Position numbers and translations under genes: made by a program
DNA from: Eledone cirrhosa
Lineage: Eukaryota
Assembly (NCBI GenBank): GCA_964016885.1
Contig: OZ024743.1
Coordinates: 121,768,001 to 121,832,000 of the forward strand
Length of the DNA stretch: 64,000 nt
Direction of reading: 5' to 3'
Notes under the pieces: generated by a model
Told to the model about the DNA's origin: nothing
Seen by the model: only the letters and a program-made list of their open reading frames with translations
Databases searched by the model: none
Part shown: in pieces, positions 27,654 to 41,620 of the stretch
Layout of the letters: each line of letters begins with the position of its first letter
How positions within the stretch are numbered: position 1 is the stretch's first letter

Positions 27654-28584
27654 CTAGACCACCCGTGACCCGTTGGGTCTGTTCACTTCAAAATATTCTT
27701 TTAAAATCATGTTCAGTTAAAAATAATCTTTAAATAATTAAAATATACACAGACATGTACATAATGTGAAATGAAACTGGAAGGCCCATATATATGTGTG
27801 TGTCATCATTTATCATTTCATTTTATGTCTGCTTTTCCCTGCTTGCAAGGGAGGGACAGGAACTTGATTTCTACAGCTGGATGCCCTTCCTAACACCAAC
27901 CTCATTTACAGTGAGTGCTGGGTGTTTTTTTTCCATGGCGCCTACACGTCCACTTTACAGTGTGGGCTGGGTGCTTTTTTGCCGTGGCACCTCCACGACC
28001 ACTTTGCAGTGGAATGATAGGGACCTGAGTCCTATCATCTCATTTCTACAGCTGAGTAAACTGGAGCAATGTGAAATAAAGTGTCTTGCTCAAGGAAACA
28101 ACACATCACCCGGTCTGAGAATTGAACTCACAACCTTTCGATTGCAAGGCCAATGCTCTAACCACTAAGCTATGTGCCTCCACATGTGTGTGTGTATGTA
28201 TATATACATAAATGTGTGTGTGTGATCTATATGCACTGGTCATAGACACACACAAACTCACATATATATATATACACACACAACAACACCACCACCAGCT
28301 CTCTCTCTCTTCCATTCTCTTCTCCTTCTCTCTCTTTCAATCTACTCTCACAACCACTATCTCTTCCTCTCTATCTTTCTCTCTTTTTGTTTATGAAGGT
28401 ACCTGGAAAAAACCCATATCTCGGAAACCCGTGATCCGATTTGCGCAAAACTTGTTTTATTCCATTTGTATTCCTATTTCTGGGGCAACTTCCTTTCAAA
28501 GTATTTTCCCATTATGCGCCCTTTTGGCTGTATTATATTACAGGCAAGCAAACAAGCAATCACAGAGTTTTAGTAATATATAGA
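27654..28584 (-). mobile_element. Non-autonomous Helitron with nested repeats
   Basis: The minus strand starts A|TCTATATATTACTAAAAC and ends with hairpin gacccaacgggtc..CTAG|T. Confidence 0.72.
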
Positions 28585-29341
28585 TTTAAAGCAATAAGAT
28601 AACAGTTAGACATTTGAGTGACTCTCTACATGTCATTATGAAGGCCTTGACCTTGTGATAAGGGTGTTGGACTTACGATCGTAATGTGGTGGGTCTGATT
28701 CCTGGACTGGGTTGAACAAAACACTTCATTTCACGTTGCTCCAGTATACTTAGCTGAAAATTAGTACCAGCTATAGCTGGGGGTTTAACCTTGCGATAGA
28801 CTGGCGTCCTGTCCAGGGGGAAGTCATTATGATTTACAACTTTTACACATTACAACAGTTATTGGAGAACTATTTTTTTATTTTATACCACAAGATGGGA
28901 ACAGTATTGTTGCTTACAAATTTCCAACAGGAAAACCATTGGTTCACTGCATTTCTAGTGGTGAGAGTGACCAAGGAGTGTCTTTAGCTTGGTGCAGAAC
29001 AAATAGCTCAAGGAACTTTGCAATGCACTTGTTTTTCAGTTTTTTTTTATGATATTTACACCATTCTCCAATATATATTGGCAAAAGATACCTGCCTGAT
29101 GGCACATGGATTAGAAGCAAACTTAACGTGGATTTAAAATTAAAACTTTATATCTTTTTACTTATGTCAATATCATAGAATATGGATCAGCTGGCTGATA
29201 GTGGCTATTTTACAACTAGTGAGTGTGTGATTAGTGTTCCATAACTGCATGACGAAAATGTACTCAAATTATTGTTACTAATAATTGATTGAAGTATTAA
29301 CTTCATATATTGTGTTTTCATTTACATCTTTTAATTCTTTA

Positions 29342-29866
29342 CTAGCTGGACCCATGAAAAATTTCAAAGATAATCCCCTCTCTATATATTATAACACCCT
29401 CTCTCTAAATATATGAAAACCACCCTCTCTATATATTATAACACCCCTCTCTATATATATATATATATATTTAACCCCCTCTCTCTATATATATATTTTA
29501 ACCCTCCTTTCTCTATATTATAACCCCCTCTCTCTATATTATAACCCCCTTCTCTCTATATATTATAACCCATCCCTTTCTCTATATTATAAACCCCTCT
29601 TTAAATATAGTATAACCCCCTCTCTCTATATATATTATACCCCCTCTCTCTATATATTTATATATAATAATGCATCTCTTTCTCTATATTATAACCCCCC
29701 CCCCCCCCCCCCCCCCTCTCCTTTCCAAACGTTGCAACGCTCTTTGATTTTCTTTGGCCGTAGATTGTTGTAGATTGTTTACCACCCCACTTCCATTGTT
29801 TTACTGAAAGCGTGACACACACGGTCGGACATACGGTTCATAGGTATTAGCGTATTAATATATAGA
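29342..29866 (-). mobile_element. Non-autonomous Helitron with an internal minisatellite
   Basis: The minus strand starts TCTATATATTAATACG and ends CTAG|T. An internal array of ataaccccctctctctatatt-like units spans about 29370-29720. Confidence 0.6.
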
Positions 29867-30247
29867 TATATACCACCCCTTTCTCTGTAAAGTTATGTTG
29901 GTACCACAACATCCAGTCCTAAATAAATGAGGTCGTGTAGGTGTCACAACAAAAAAATACACAGTCCACGCTGTAATGTGGCCGTCTAGGTAACACAGTA
30001 AAAACCTCCCAGTCCACACTGTAAATGTGCTTGGTGTTAGGAAGGCCATCCAGCCGTGGAAAACCTGCCAGACAGTCCCATACAAGCGAGATGACCAATC
30101 TTGCTTCAAGTGGAACAATTCCCGTCTAAACCCATGCTAGCGTGGAAGATAGATATTAAACAATGATGATGATACAAAATATGGAAGTCATTACGGCTCT
30201 CACTTTTTGTAAAGATGGCTGTGTATATTTGTTATTTATATTTGTAA

Positions 30248-32267
30248 TAAGTAAGGCAATCAAAGATATGAAGACGGGTAAGGCGGCTGTGCCTTTGGAA
30301 ATAGTTGCTGAAATGCTGAAAGCATCTGGAACGGTGGGACACACTATGGTCACCTGGATAGTAAACCAAGTAATACAGAATGGGGTCGTACCGAAGGACT
30401 GGCATAGCAGCATCATCATTAACTGCTACAAGGGTAAAGGAGATGCCCTAGATAGGGGAAACTATAGAGGCATTAAATTAATTGACCAGGTCATGAAGGT
30501 CACAGAAAAAGTAATAGCGCAACTAATCAGAGAGCGAATTGATCTGGATGAAATGCAGTTCCGGTTTGTGTCAGGTAAAAGTACCACAGACGCTCTTTTC
30601 ATTGTACGACAACTACAGAAGTACCTAGCAAAAAGTAAACCCCTATACCTAGCTTTTGTTGACTTGGAGAAAGCCTTTGACAGAGTCCCACACCCCATTA
30701 TCTGGTGGGCTCTCAGAAAACTAGGTGTTGATGAATGGCTTGTGAGAGCTACACAAGCCATGTATAAAGAAAGAGTCAGCAAGGTTAGAATTAACAACGA
30801 ATATAGTGAAGAGTTTAGCGTAAAAGTTGGTGTTCATCAGGGCTCCGTCCTTAGCCCCCTCCTATTTATTATTGCCCTTCAGGCTATAACAGAGGAGTTC
30901 AAGACCGTATGCCCATGGGAACTCCTATACGCTGATGATCTAATGCTTATAGCTGAATCAATGGCTGAACTAGAGAAGAAATTCCAAACATGGAAGCATG
31001 GCCTAGAATCAAAAGGCCTTAAAATTAACCTGTCTAAGACTAAAGTTCTAGTATGTAGGAAGGAAAATAGGGCACTGGTCCCATCTGGGAAATGGCCATG
31101 CTCAGTGTGTAGGAAAGGAGTAGGCAGAAATTCCATTTTATGTCCCAAATGCAAAGTATGGGTGCATAAAAGATGTAGTGGGATCACAGGTAAGCTAACT
31201 AAGAATATAGATTTTATATCTGGCCGGTGCTCAGGTGCAAAAAGTAGCAGCAAGTGCCCACAGAATACTAGCTCATTCCATTGCACAGATGGTTCTATAG
31301 AAATAGTGGACACCTTCCGTTACCAGGGTGACAAAATCAACAGTGGTGGAGGGTGCTCTGAAAGTACAGTAGCTAGAATCAGAACGGGATGAAAAAAGTT
31401 CAGAGAGCTTATGCCACTCTTGGCCGCTAAAGATTTCTCTCTAAAAATGAAAGGCAGGCTGTATGATGCCTGCATATGAACAGCAATGTTACATGGCAGT
31501 GAGACTTGGGCATTGTGTGAAGAGGATCTATGCAGACTGGAGAGGAATGAAGCTTGCATGCTCCGTTGGATGTGTAATAGTAATATACGTGAACGGCAAA
31601 GCATAAATGAACTAAGTGAGAAATTAGGAATAAGAGGGATCAGATGCTGTTTACTTAAGAGAAGACTACGTTGGTATGGTCACGTGATGTGCATGAAAGA
31701 CGACAGCTGTATAAAAAAGTGCAGGGCGATCAAAATAGACGGTTGCCACGGAGTAGGCAGACCCAGAAAAACCCGGGACGACTTGATAAATTCCGACCTC
31801 ACACACTTACACCTCTCCAAGACAATGTCACTGGACCGAGATCTTTGGCGCTAGGCAGTAATACAGAAGACCCGCCTTGCCTAAGTGCAAAGCGAAACCT
31901 ACAGTCAGTAGGCACCTCTTACTAAAATACACCCCCGTCCCACTACCGCCACCCGATCCACACCACCCCTTTCGATGTAAAGTTATGTTGGTACCACAAC
32001 ATCCAGTCCTAAATAAATGAGGTCGTGTAGGTGTCACGACAAAAAAACACAGTCCACGCTGTAATGTGGCCGTGTAGGTAACATGGTAAAAACCTCCCAG
32101 TCCACACTGTAAACGTGGTTGGTGTTAGGAAGGGCATCCAGCCGTAGAAAACCCGCCAGACAGTCCTATGCGAGCAAGACAACCAATCTTGCCTCAAGCG
32201 GGAAAATTCCCGTCCAAACCCATGCTAGCGTGGAAGATGGCCGTTAAACGATGATGATGATGATGAT
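30248..32267 (+). mobile_element. 5'-truncated RTE-clade LINE (RT, PHD-like finger, C-terminus) with (GAT)n tail
   Basis: ORF 30163-31392 has NYRGIKL, AFVDLEKAFD, GVHQGSVLSP and LYADD. ORF 31486-31854 has LRWYGHV..GRPRKT. Confidence 0.93.
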
Positions 32268-32459
32268 TTGTGTGTATGTGATTTGCAAATGTGTTAAAAA
32301 TTCTATGTATCAGCCATGCTCAAATAGTATGTGTAACAACAGTTTGTACGAAAAGTGGAAGTCGTTACAGCTCTCACTTTTCGTAAAGATGGCTGTGTAT
32401 ATTTGTTATTTATATTTGTGTGACTTGCAACTGTGTTAAAAATTCTATGTATCAGCCAT

Positions 32460-35400
32460 TACGGTTCTCACTACTGCCTCCACCACATTCAGTATACATG
32501 TCCGATGCTGTATGCTAACCACTCCCTCGTGAATATATCATAGAACAGACAAGGGGCGGACAGAAGTTCCATAACCCGTAATGTAGACAACTCGTCTAGG
32601 AGAGCTACCACTTCGAATAAACTGGTGCGGGGTAGAGAAGTCCCCCTAAGTCCAGTAAGACAACTTCCCTAGTGCTGGTGGCACGAATAAAAACATCCAG
32701 TCCATGCTGTAAAGCGGTGCTGGTGTTATGAAGGGCATCCAACCAGTATAATAAATGCCAAAATTATGAGCACAACAAATAAGAATTGCAACAACTGCGT
32801 CAACAGCAATAACACTAACCATGTTAGAGCTGCGTAAGGTAGTGGGGTGGCTGGTGCGGCCATGTACGAGAACTCCCCGACCGACATCAAGCAATCGCAC
32901 AAAAACAACTGCGTAAACAGCAATAACACTAACTATGTTAAGGCTGCGCACGGTAGTGGGGTGGCTGGTGAAGCCATGTGCGAGAACCCCCCGACCGTCA
33001 TCAAGCAATCGCACAACAGGAATAAGAATGGGACGTCGCATCTCAGTGTTGTCACACTTAATGTTGGCACTCTAACAGGTAGATCTGGTGAGATAGCGGA
33101 GATGCTGGAGAGAGGGCATGTGGATGTGTGCTGCGTGCAAGAGGTGAGATGGAGAGGTGCCTCTGCAAGACTAATCGCAGGCAAACATCGTAGTTATAAG
33201 CTTTTCTGGGTGGGTAATGATGATGGGTTAGGTGGGGTGGGCATATTACTGGCTGAGAGATGGATCAATAAGACAATAGAGGTAGTTAGAGTTAGTAATA
33301 GAATAATTAACATTAGGTTAGTTGTAGGCAAGAGACTACTGACAATCATCTCTGCCTATGCTCCCCAGGCAGGCCTAGGTAAAGAAGAGAAAGACGGCTT
33401 TTACGAGTAACTTTTACAGACAGCCTCAATGATAGAGGACAGAGACATCATTATGCTAGCAGGGGACTTCAATGGACAAGTTGGACAGCTCCAGGATGGA
33501 TACACTGGGGTACATGGTGGGCACGGTTACGGCTCATGAAATGAAGAAGGAGTGAGGCTTCTTGAATTTTGTGATGCAAATGCACTAACCATGTGCAACA
33601 CTAACTTCCAGAAGCCTACCAACCACCTAATAACCTACAAACCAGGCGAGCACATAAGCCAGATTGACTTCCTGCTAGTTAGACAGCGAGACAGACAGAT
33701 GGTGTCAAATACTAAGGCATACCCCTACCCCGAGGAAGAATGTACCCCACAGCATAGGTTAGTCGTTAGTGATATCTCAGTAAGCAAGAGAAAGAATGAG
33801 ACATACAGGAAGGTGTGGAAAAGAAAGGTCTGGAAGCTAAAACACCTTTCATTAAAATATAGCACTTAGCACGCAGGGAGGCTGAGAGTGGGAGGTTTGC
33901 CAATGTTCTGCGACGGGAAGATCAGAGACGTGCGGTGTTCCGCATTGCAAGGCAGTGTGTTAGTGCGAATCAGGATGTTGTTGGAGATAAATGTGTCCGG
34001 GATGATGCCAGTGTACTTAGTGTCACGAATGATCAAAAGAAGGAGGCCTGGGAATGTCATTATGAGAGACTGATGAATGTAGAGAACGAATGGGACAGAG
34101 AGGAATTACCCCCAGTAGACCCAACAGAGGGACCAGCTATTGAGATTAACAAATATAGGGTACAAAAGGCAATTAAGGAAATGAAGAATGGTAAGGCTGC
34201 TGGACCGTCGGAGATAGTTGCTGAGATGCTGAAGGCATCAGGAGAAGTAGGCACTAAACTAGTTGCATGCATCATTAATCAAGCTATATATGGTGGTGTT
34301 ATATCCAAAGACTGGTGAGCAGTATTCTCATAAATTGCTACAAAGGTAAAGGGGATGCTCTAGAGAGGAGCAATTATAGGGGCATAAAGCTAACGGATCA
34401 GGTTATGACAGTGGCAGAGAGAATATTAGCGTAACTGATTAGAGAAAGGGTCAATTTAGATGAGATGCAGTTTCGTTTTGTGCCTCGGAAAAGTACAACA
34501 GATGCCCTCTTCTTAGTGAGGCAACTACAAGAGCGGTTCTTAGAGAAGAATAGGCCACTATACTTAGCTTTTGTTGACCTAGAGAAGGCCTTTGATAGGG
34601 TATCCCAATCTGTTATCTGGTGGTCCCTAAGGAAACTAGATGTAGAGGAATTCTTGTGAGGACAGTGCAAGCTATGTACAGGATGCTGTCAGTAAAGTGA
34701 GAATAGGAATGGAGTTTAGTGAGGAATTCCAGATGTAAGTAGGTGTACATCAAGGTTCGGTCCTCAGCCCACTCTTGTTCATTATAGTCCTCCAAGCCAT
34801 AACAAAGGAGTTTAAGACTGGATGCCCATGGGAACTTCTCTATGCTGATGATCTGGTTCTGATAGCAGAATCAATAGAGGAGCTAGAGAATAAATTCTGG
34901 CTATGGAAACAGCAGTTGGAATCAAGAGGCCTGAGAGTGAACATAGCTAAAACAAAAGTGTTGATAAGTAGAAGAGAGGACAATACTCTGATTCCATCAG
35001 GGAAATGGCTATGTTCGATATGTAGGAAAGGAACTGACATAAATTCCATAAAAAGTACGCAATGCAGATCTTGGGTACACAAGAGATGTAGTGGGATAGC
35101 AGACAAACTAACAGGTAGGGAAAACTACGTATGCAGTAGATGTACAGGGGAAGTTGGCAGTAGTAATCGCTGTGATAGACTCATTTTTCCAATGCAGGTA
35201 GGTTCTATAGAAGTGGTTGATAGCTTCCTGTACCTAGGCGATGAGATTAGCATGGGAGAGGGGTGTTCCAAGGCCTTAGTATCTAGAATAAGGACGGGTT
35301 GGAAGAAGTTTAAGGAGCTGCCTCTTCTGTTGACAAAGGGTTTCTCACTGCGTACATAAGGATGGTTATATGATGACTGTGTGAGATGCGCGATGCTGCA

Positions 35401-35836
35401 TGGTAGTGAGACATGGGCAGCAACTGCAGAAGAAATGCGATGGCTGGAGAGAAATGAAGCAAGTATGCTCTGTTGGATGTGCAATGTCAATGTGCGTGAA
35501 CGACCAAGCATAGACGAGTTGAGAAAGAAACTGGGTATAAGAGGGATAAGTTGTGGTGTGCAAGAGAGAAGGCTAAGATGGTATGGACATGTGATGCACA
35601 TGGAGGATGACCGCTGGGTGAAGAAATGCCAGGAAGTCCCAGTGGAGGGAAGATGCAGTAGAGGTAGACCACAAAAAACATAGGCGGAGGTGGTGAGAGC
35701 AGACCTCAGATCGCTGAAACTCACCGAGTAGATGACGAAGGACCGTGACAAGTGGAGAGATGCTGTGCTGAATAGGACCCGTCCAACCCTTGCAAGCAGG
35801 GAAAAGCGGACGTAAAATAATGATGATGATGATGAT
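32460..35836 (+). mobile_element. Near full-length decayed RTE LINE (5' UTR, APE, RT, tail) with an internal deletion
   Basis: APE motifs TLNVGTL, VQEVRW, SAYAPQ and GDFN; RT fragments at 34465-35359; (GAT)n tail. A deletion at about 33850 is inferred by comparison with the 43.2 kb copy. Confidence 0.92.
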
Positions 35837-36189
35837 ATACATTATCTTCAGTTAGAATAAAATGCATGAATATTTATGAAACTAATAGGATGAAACTAGT
35901 GTTTCTTTTCCAGGATCTTGATCTACTTTAAACTGTTTGGGATTTCCCAGGAAATGCTTCATGTCTTTGGATTTTTTTAAATACACACACAATTACAGAC
36001 ATACATACACACATACATTCATGCATACATAAATATATAGATACATATATACAGATACACATAACTACTTGCAGACACACACACACATATATATGCCTAC
36101 ATTTATGCATCATACATTGGATAAAACACAAATCTTTGGATAAAACTGAAAATCGTTTGAAGTTTGTAACAAAATAAAATATTGCAATA

Positions 36190-39100
36190 CAAGAAGGCTG
36201 GTGAAACGTGGAAGAGAGATACCAGCTGGTCTGAGTGTGATCTACCCGCAATAACTGGCAATGTAAAAACTGCTACAACTCTGGGAAACTAAACCAGAAC
36301 AACCTGCCACCCTCTACACACCATCATAAACTGCGAGCAGGGTACAAATTGTTGTCCTTAAATGCTCGCAGTTTATGCAACAAGATACATCTGTTCGAAT
36401 CCTACGTCAGAAGCATCGACCCTGACTTCATCACAGTCACGGAAACATGGGCACATTCCTTACTCTGTGATGGGGTTTTCATCATTACTGGGTACAACCT
36501 TTTCCGCAAGGACCGCATTAACCGCCGTGGTGGTGGTGTGATGGTCTACGTTCGTTCAAACTTTTCGGTAATTCCTTGCGTTGATTTGAACGAATCACAG
36601 GAAGAAGTTTTTTTCTGTGACATACGTATGACCATGTCAACACTTCTGCTTGGTGTTGTTTATCGACCCCCAAACTACCATCAGGACACACAGCTTTGCG
36701 ATATCCTCAGAGTTGCTGCCAAGAAAACAGCCACTTATGTGTTTATTGCAGGTGACTTCAATCATCCTGAGATCGATTGGGAAACCTTTCGTTGGCCACA
36801 GGGTGCAAACGATTTCCTTGAACTAGTGCTGGACTCAAACTGGTCACAAGTAGTCACCTCTCCAACAAGAGGTGACAACACTTTGGACCTGATCTTCACC
36901 ACTACTCCTGAAGTGGTTATCAGTTGTACTACTGAGGAATCTCTAGGCGACTCTGATCATGCTATGATCATTGCCAATCTGGCACTTGAGGGCAGCAACA
37001 AAAACCAGGGCCATCTCCAATCTGCTTGCTTTGATTGGAAGAGGGCGGATTGGAACTTGTACTGCACTGAGCTACAGCGCCCAAACTGGCATGAGATGTA
37101 TAACTCTGGAGATGTGAACTCTATACTCCAGAGCATCCTGGACTCAATATGGATAGCGTGTGCAGCATCAGTGCCACGGAAGCGGAAAAATAACCACCCC
37201 AAAAGTGCAATCTGGGAAACTTCAGCGGTCCGACTTGCCAGGAAAGAACGTCGGAACGCTGAACGGGAATATAAACTGCATAGATCAGATGCCAACAGAA
37301 AAAAAGTGGAATAAATCTTCTAACCATCTCAAGCAAGTGACAAAGAAGGCAGTGCTTGAATTTGAACAGTGCATCGCAACCAATCCTGACAGTAAGGTGT
37401 TCTGGAAATATGTTCATTCAAAGCAGAGACCTCACTCTCCAGTTGGTCCTCTTCGCAATCCCCACACAAGCCAGATCACTGACGATCCCAAGGAATGCGC
37501 AGAACTCATTGCTGAGTGCTATGCAAGTATTTTTACTGTTGAAGACCAGAATGTACCATCTCCACCATCTCTAACATCAAATTCCATAACAACTATGGAA
37601 TTTACACCTGCAATGTTGCGACGTCACCTTAAGAATAAGCGCAACTATGCCTCCCCTGGTCTTGATGGTGTGACATACCTGCTTCTCAAACGTGGCGGGG
37701 ATTTCCTTTTGCGCCAGCTTTCTTTTTTCTTTCAATACTGTCTCAGCAATGGTGCTACTCCGGAGCAGTGGAAAACTGCCAGTGTCATTCCCCTGTTCAA
37801 AAAGGGCAACCGCATGTCACCTGTCAACTATCGTCCAGTCAGTCTTACTAGCTGTATGGCCAAACTGATGGAATCCTGTGTCAGAGAAACACTTTGGAAC
37901 TTCTGGAGCTCTCACAGCCTCATCCGGCCCTCACAGTTTGGATTTATCCCTAACTCCAGCTGCTGTGATCAGCTTATCGAGTTTCTTGAGGACATCACCC
38001 GGATCACTGACAGCGGCTCATGGGTGGATGTTGTTTACCTTGACTTTGCTAAGGCTTTTAATTCTGTGCCACACAAAAGACTTATGGCAAAACTCTCTGC
38101 AATGGGTGTGAGGGATGATCTTTTCGACTGGCTGAAATCCTTCATTCTCAGCCGAAAGGAAGTAGTCACAGTTCTAGGACAGCATTCTTCACCATATGAG
38201 ATGTCATCTGGTGTACCACAGGGATCTGTTCTTGGTCCTCTTTTGTTTGTGGCATATATTAATGACATAGATGCCAACTTACAGAATGCCACGGTACTAA
38301 AATATGCAGACGACATCAAGCTGTACCTTGAAATCAAAAGGACTGATCCTGAAATTTACAACTCTTTCCTACAATCAGACCTGGACACAATGCAGCAATG
38401 GATCACAGACTGGCAACTGAAGCTGGCTGTGGACAAGTGTACCACCATGCATTTTGGAAGGAAAAATCCAGCGTCCACATACTCCCTCCACAACACTGAC
38501 ATCAAAAAGTCCTCTTGTGAACGTGACCTGGGCATTACTGTCAGCAACGATTTGCGTTGGACAAAGCATGTCTCTAAGATTGTCAAGAAGGCCGAGGGTG
38601 TCTTGGCATCACTCAGCAAGACCTTTGTTAGCCGCTCTCCAGCCATCTATTTAAAACTGTATACAGCTATGGTGCGACCACACTTGGAATTCGCATCATC
38701 AGTCTGGAACCCCTATCTTGCTCGGAACATTGACCTCCTGGAAACTGTTCAGAGACGTGCAACCAAGCGCATACCCTCCATCAGACACCTACCATACTCT
38801 GAACGCCTTGCTTCCCTGGGCATGGATTCATTGAAGCTCCGACGTCTGGCAATGGACTTGGTGAATACCCACAAAGTTTTTAACCATCTCGCCAACTGCA
38901 ACCCTGAGCGCCTCTTTGATCTCCATGTGTCTAACACACGTGGACATGCCTACAAGATAAGAAAACAGCACAGCTCCCATGACTTTCGCAGACATTTTTT
39001 CACGCTCAGAGTTGCTGAAGCATGGAACAAACTGCCTGCGTCAATTGTTAGCTGCCGAGACACTGCATCCTTTAAGACACTCATGCTTCCCAAAATACGC

Positions 39101-39393
39101 CAAAACTACACCTGATGTACCCCTTCCATACACATGCACACATGTGTGTATCATGACTCGTGCACTGTTCATTTTACTGATGTTTGTGCATTGCCCTATG
39201 TACTGTACATGCACTTTTTTGATGAGTTGTGGTGCACCTGGGCACTGTGCACAATATTTCGTTATTGTTATTATATCATGACTCATACACTGTTTATTTT
39301 CCTGACATTTGTACATTGTTCTATGTACTATACATGCACCTTTGATGAGTTGTAGTGCACCTGAGCACTGTACACAATAATTTCATTATTATT
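36190..39393 (+). mobile_element. CR1-clade LINE with nearly complete ORF2 (APE + RT) and 3' UTR ending in (ATT)n
   Basis: ORF 36349-37314 has APE motifs (LNARS, TETW, GDFN, LDL, SDH). ORF 37160-39115 has RT motifs (YRPVSL, DFAKAF, GVPQGSVLGP, YADD, FFTLRVAEAWNKLP). One frameshift at the A7 run 37299-37305. The 3' UTR is partly duplicated. Confidence 0.95.
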
Positions 39394-39463
39394 ATTTTAA
39401 GTACACAAAGATTTTTAAATGAGAGAAAATCATAAGATACATTTCATAGGAAGTTACTTGCAC

Positions 39464-39494
<31 letters not shown>

Positions 39495-39619
39495 CATCCA
39501 CAAATACTTACAGACATACACACAAACACATACATATATATACATACTTCATATATACATATATACATATACAGACTCACATACCTACATACTACAAACA
39601 TATGAGAGAGAGGGGGGGG

Positions 39620-41620
39620 GGTCATACCGAATGACTGGTACAAAAGTATCATTTTAAACTGCTACAAAGACAAAGGAAATGTACTAGAAAGAGGTAACTA
39701 CTAAGAAGTTAAACTGATGGACCAGGTTATGAAAGTTACTTAAAAAGTTATAACACAATTAATTAGGGACAGAATTAAGCTAGATGAGATGCAGTTTAGC
39801 TTTATGTCAAGTAAGGATACAACCAATGCCCTCTTCCTTGTGAGACAACTGCAGAAATATTTATGTAACAGTAAGCCTCTGTACTTCATCATCATCCCTG
39901 TTTTACATCCATTTTTCCACACTAGCATGGGTTAGACGAGTTGTCCTGTTGTGAACAATACTAGGTCAGGTAACCATGTCTTGCACATACAGAACTGATT
40001 TTGGTATGGTTTCTACAGCTGGATGACCTTCCTAACGCCAACCTCATTTAGAGTGAGTACTGGGTGCTTTTTAGTAATTATAAATCTAAATAAGGCCTTT
40101 GATGGGGTTTTCTGTTCCATAAACTGGTGAGCACTTAGAAAGCTAATGCCAATAAATGGTTTGTGAGGGCCATGCTAGCTATGCATAGAAATGCAACCAG
40201 CAAAGTGAAATGGCGTTGAGTATAGCAATGAATTTGGATTGCAGGTAGGTATCCATCAGAGTTCAGTCTATTTCTGTTTATCATTTATTTTTTCAGGTCT
40301 ATAAATTGGATTTTCATGAGAACTCCTGTATGCTGATGACATAGGTTTTACAGCTGAATTAGTAGGAAACTTACAGGAAAAATTCCAGACATGGAACAAA
40401 AATCTAGAATCAAAAAGACTAAAAGTAAACCTAGTGAAGATTAAAGTCTTAATAAGTAGAAAAGAAGATAAGACTCTGATACAATCAGGGAAATGGCCCT
40501 GCTCGATATGCCAAAAAGGAGTGGGGTTAAAAGAGAAGATAGACTTTGTATGTGGCAGATGTAAAGGAGTAATAAGCACTAAGAGCTCACATGAAGTAGA
40601 TTCCCTCATTTGCCCTGGAGTCATTGATGGTTTTCTTACTTAGGTGATTTAATCAACAGTAGGAGAGTATGCTCTGAAAGTGTAGTAGTTAAAGTAAGAA
40701 TGTGCTGGAAGAAGTTTAGGGAACTAGTACTTCTGCTAATGACAAAGTGTTTCTTTCTCAGAGAGAAAAGTAGACTGTATGATGCTCACATGCATACTGC
40801 AATGTTACATGTTAGTGAGGCCTTGATTGCAGAAAATTTGCAAAGGCTACAAAGAAATTGAGCATGCTTGGCTGGATGTGTAATGTTAGTGTGCACAAGC
40901 AACACAGAACACAGCATAAATGAACTGACAAAAAAAACTAAGCATAAGTGGAATTGGATGTAATATACAAGAGAGAAGACATGTGATGTAATGGAAGATA
41001 ACCGCTGCATAGAGAAGTGCAGAGAAATCTCAGTGGATGGTATCCATGGAAGAGATAGTCGAAGGAAGTAATAGGATTAAGGAATAAAGACTGACCTTAA
41101 GTTGATGAATCTCATGACTGATGATAAAGGACCATGAGAATTGGCAATATGTGCCTACCAGTATAAAAATGTCAATGTGACCTGAACCATTTATGCTCCC
41201 CCACCCCTACCATCATTGCTCCATAGTAATTAGAACAGATTGGATGGAAAAAGTAAAGAGAGCCACCACTACTGTTGACAACAAAGGAATTTTCTCTCCA
41301 AGTGAAGGGTAGATTGTAAGATACCTGTGTGAGAAGTGTGTTGTTGTAAGGAATCGGATGTAGTGTGCAAGAGAGAAGACTAAGCTAGTCTGGAGATGTG
41401 ATACATATGGATGATGACTATTAGGTGAAGAAGTGCCAGGAGATCCCAGTGGAAGGAAGTTGCAATAGAGGAAGATCAAGGGAAACCTGGACAGAGGTGA
41501 TCAGAGCCGTTCTCAAAACACTAAACCTCAAAGAGTTGACAAAGGAATGCAATGAGGAGGCAGACTGTGTTGGAAAGGACCCATCCAACCCATGCAAACA
41601 TGGAAAATGATGATGATGAT
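39620..41620 (+). mobile_element. Decayed RTE fragments with nested SINE-like repeat
   Basis: Remnants of YADD and GKWPCSIC, and C-terminal GRSRETW with a (GAT)n tail. Confidence 0.8.

Noticed and set aside
29370-29720. Regularly spaced repeats as a CRISPR-like array
   Set aside because: It is a low-complexity minisatellite without unique spacers, in a eukaryotic Helitron context.
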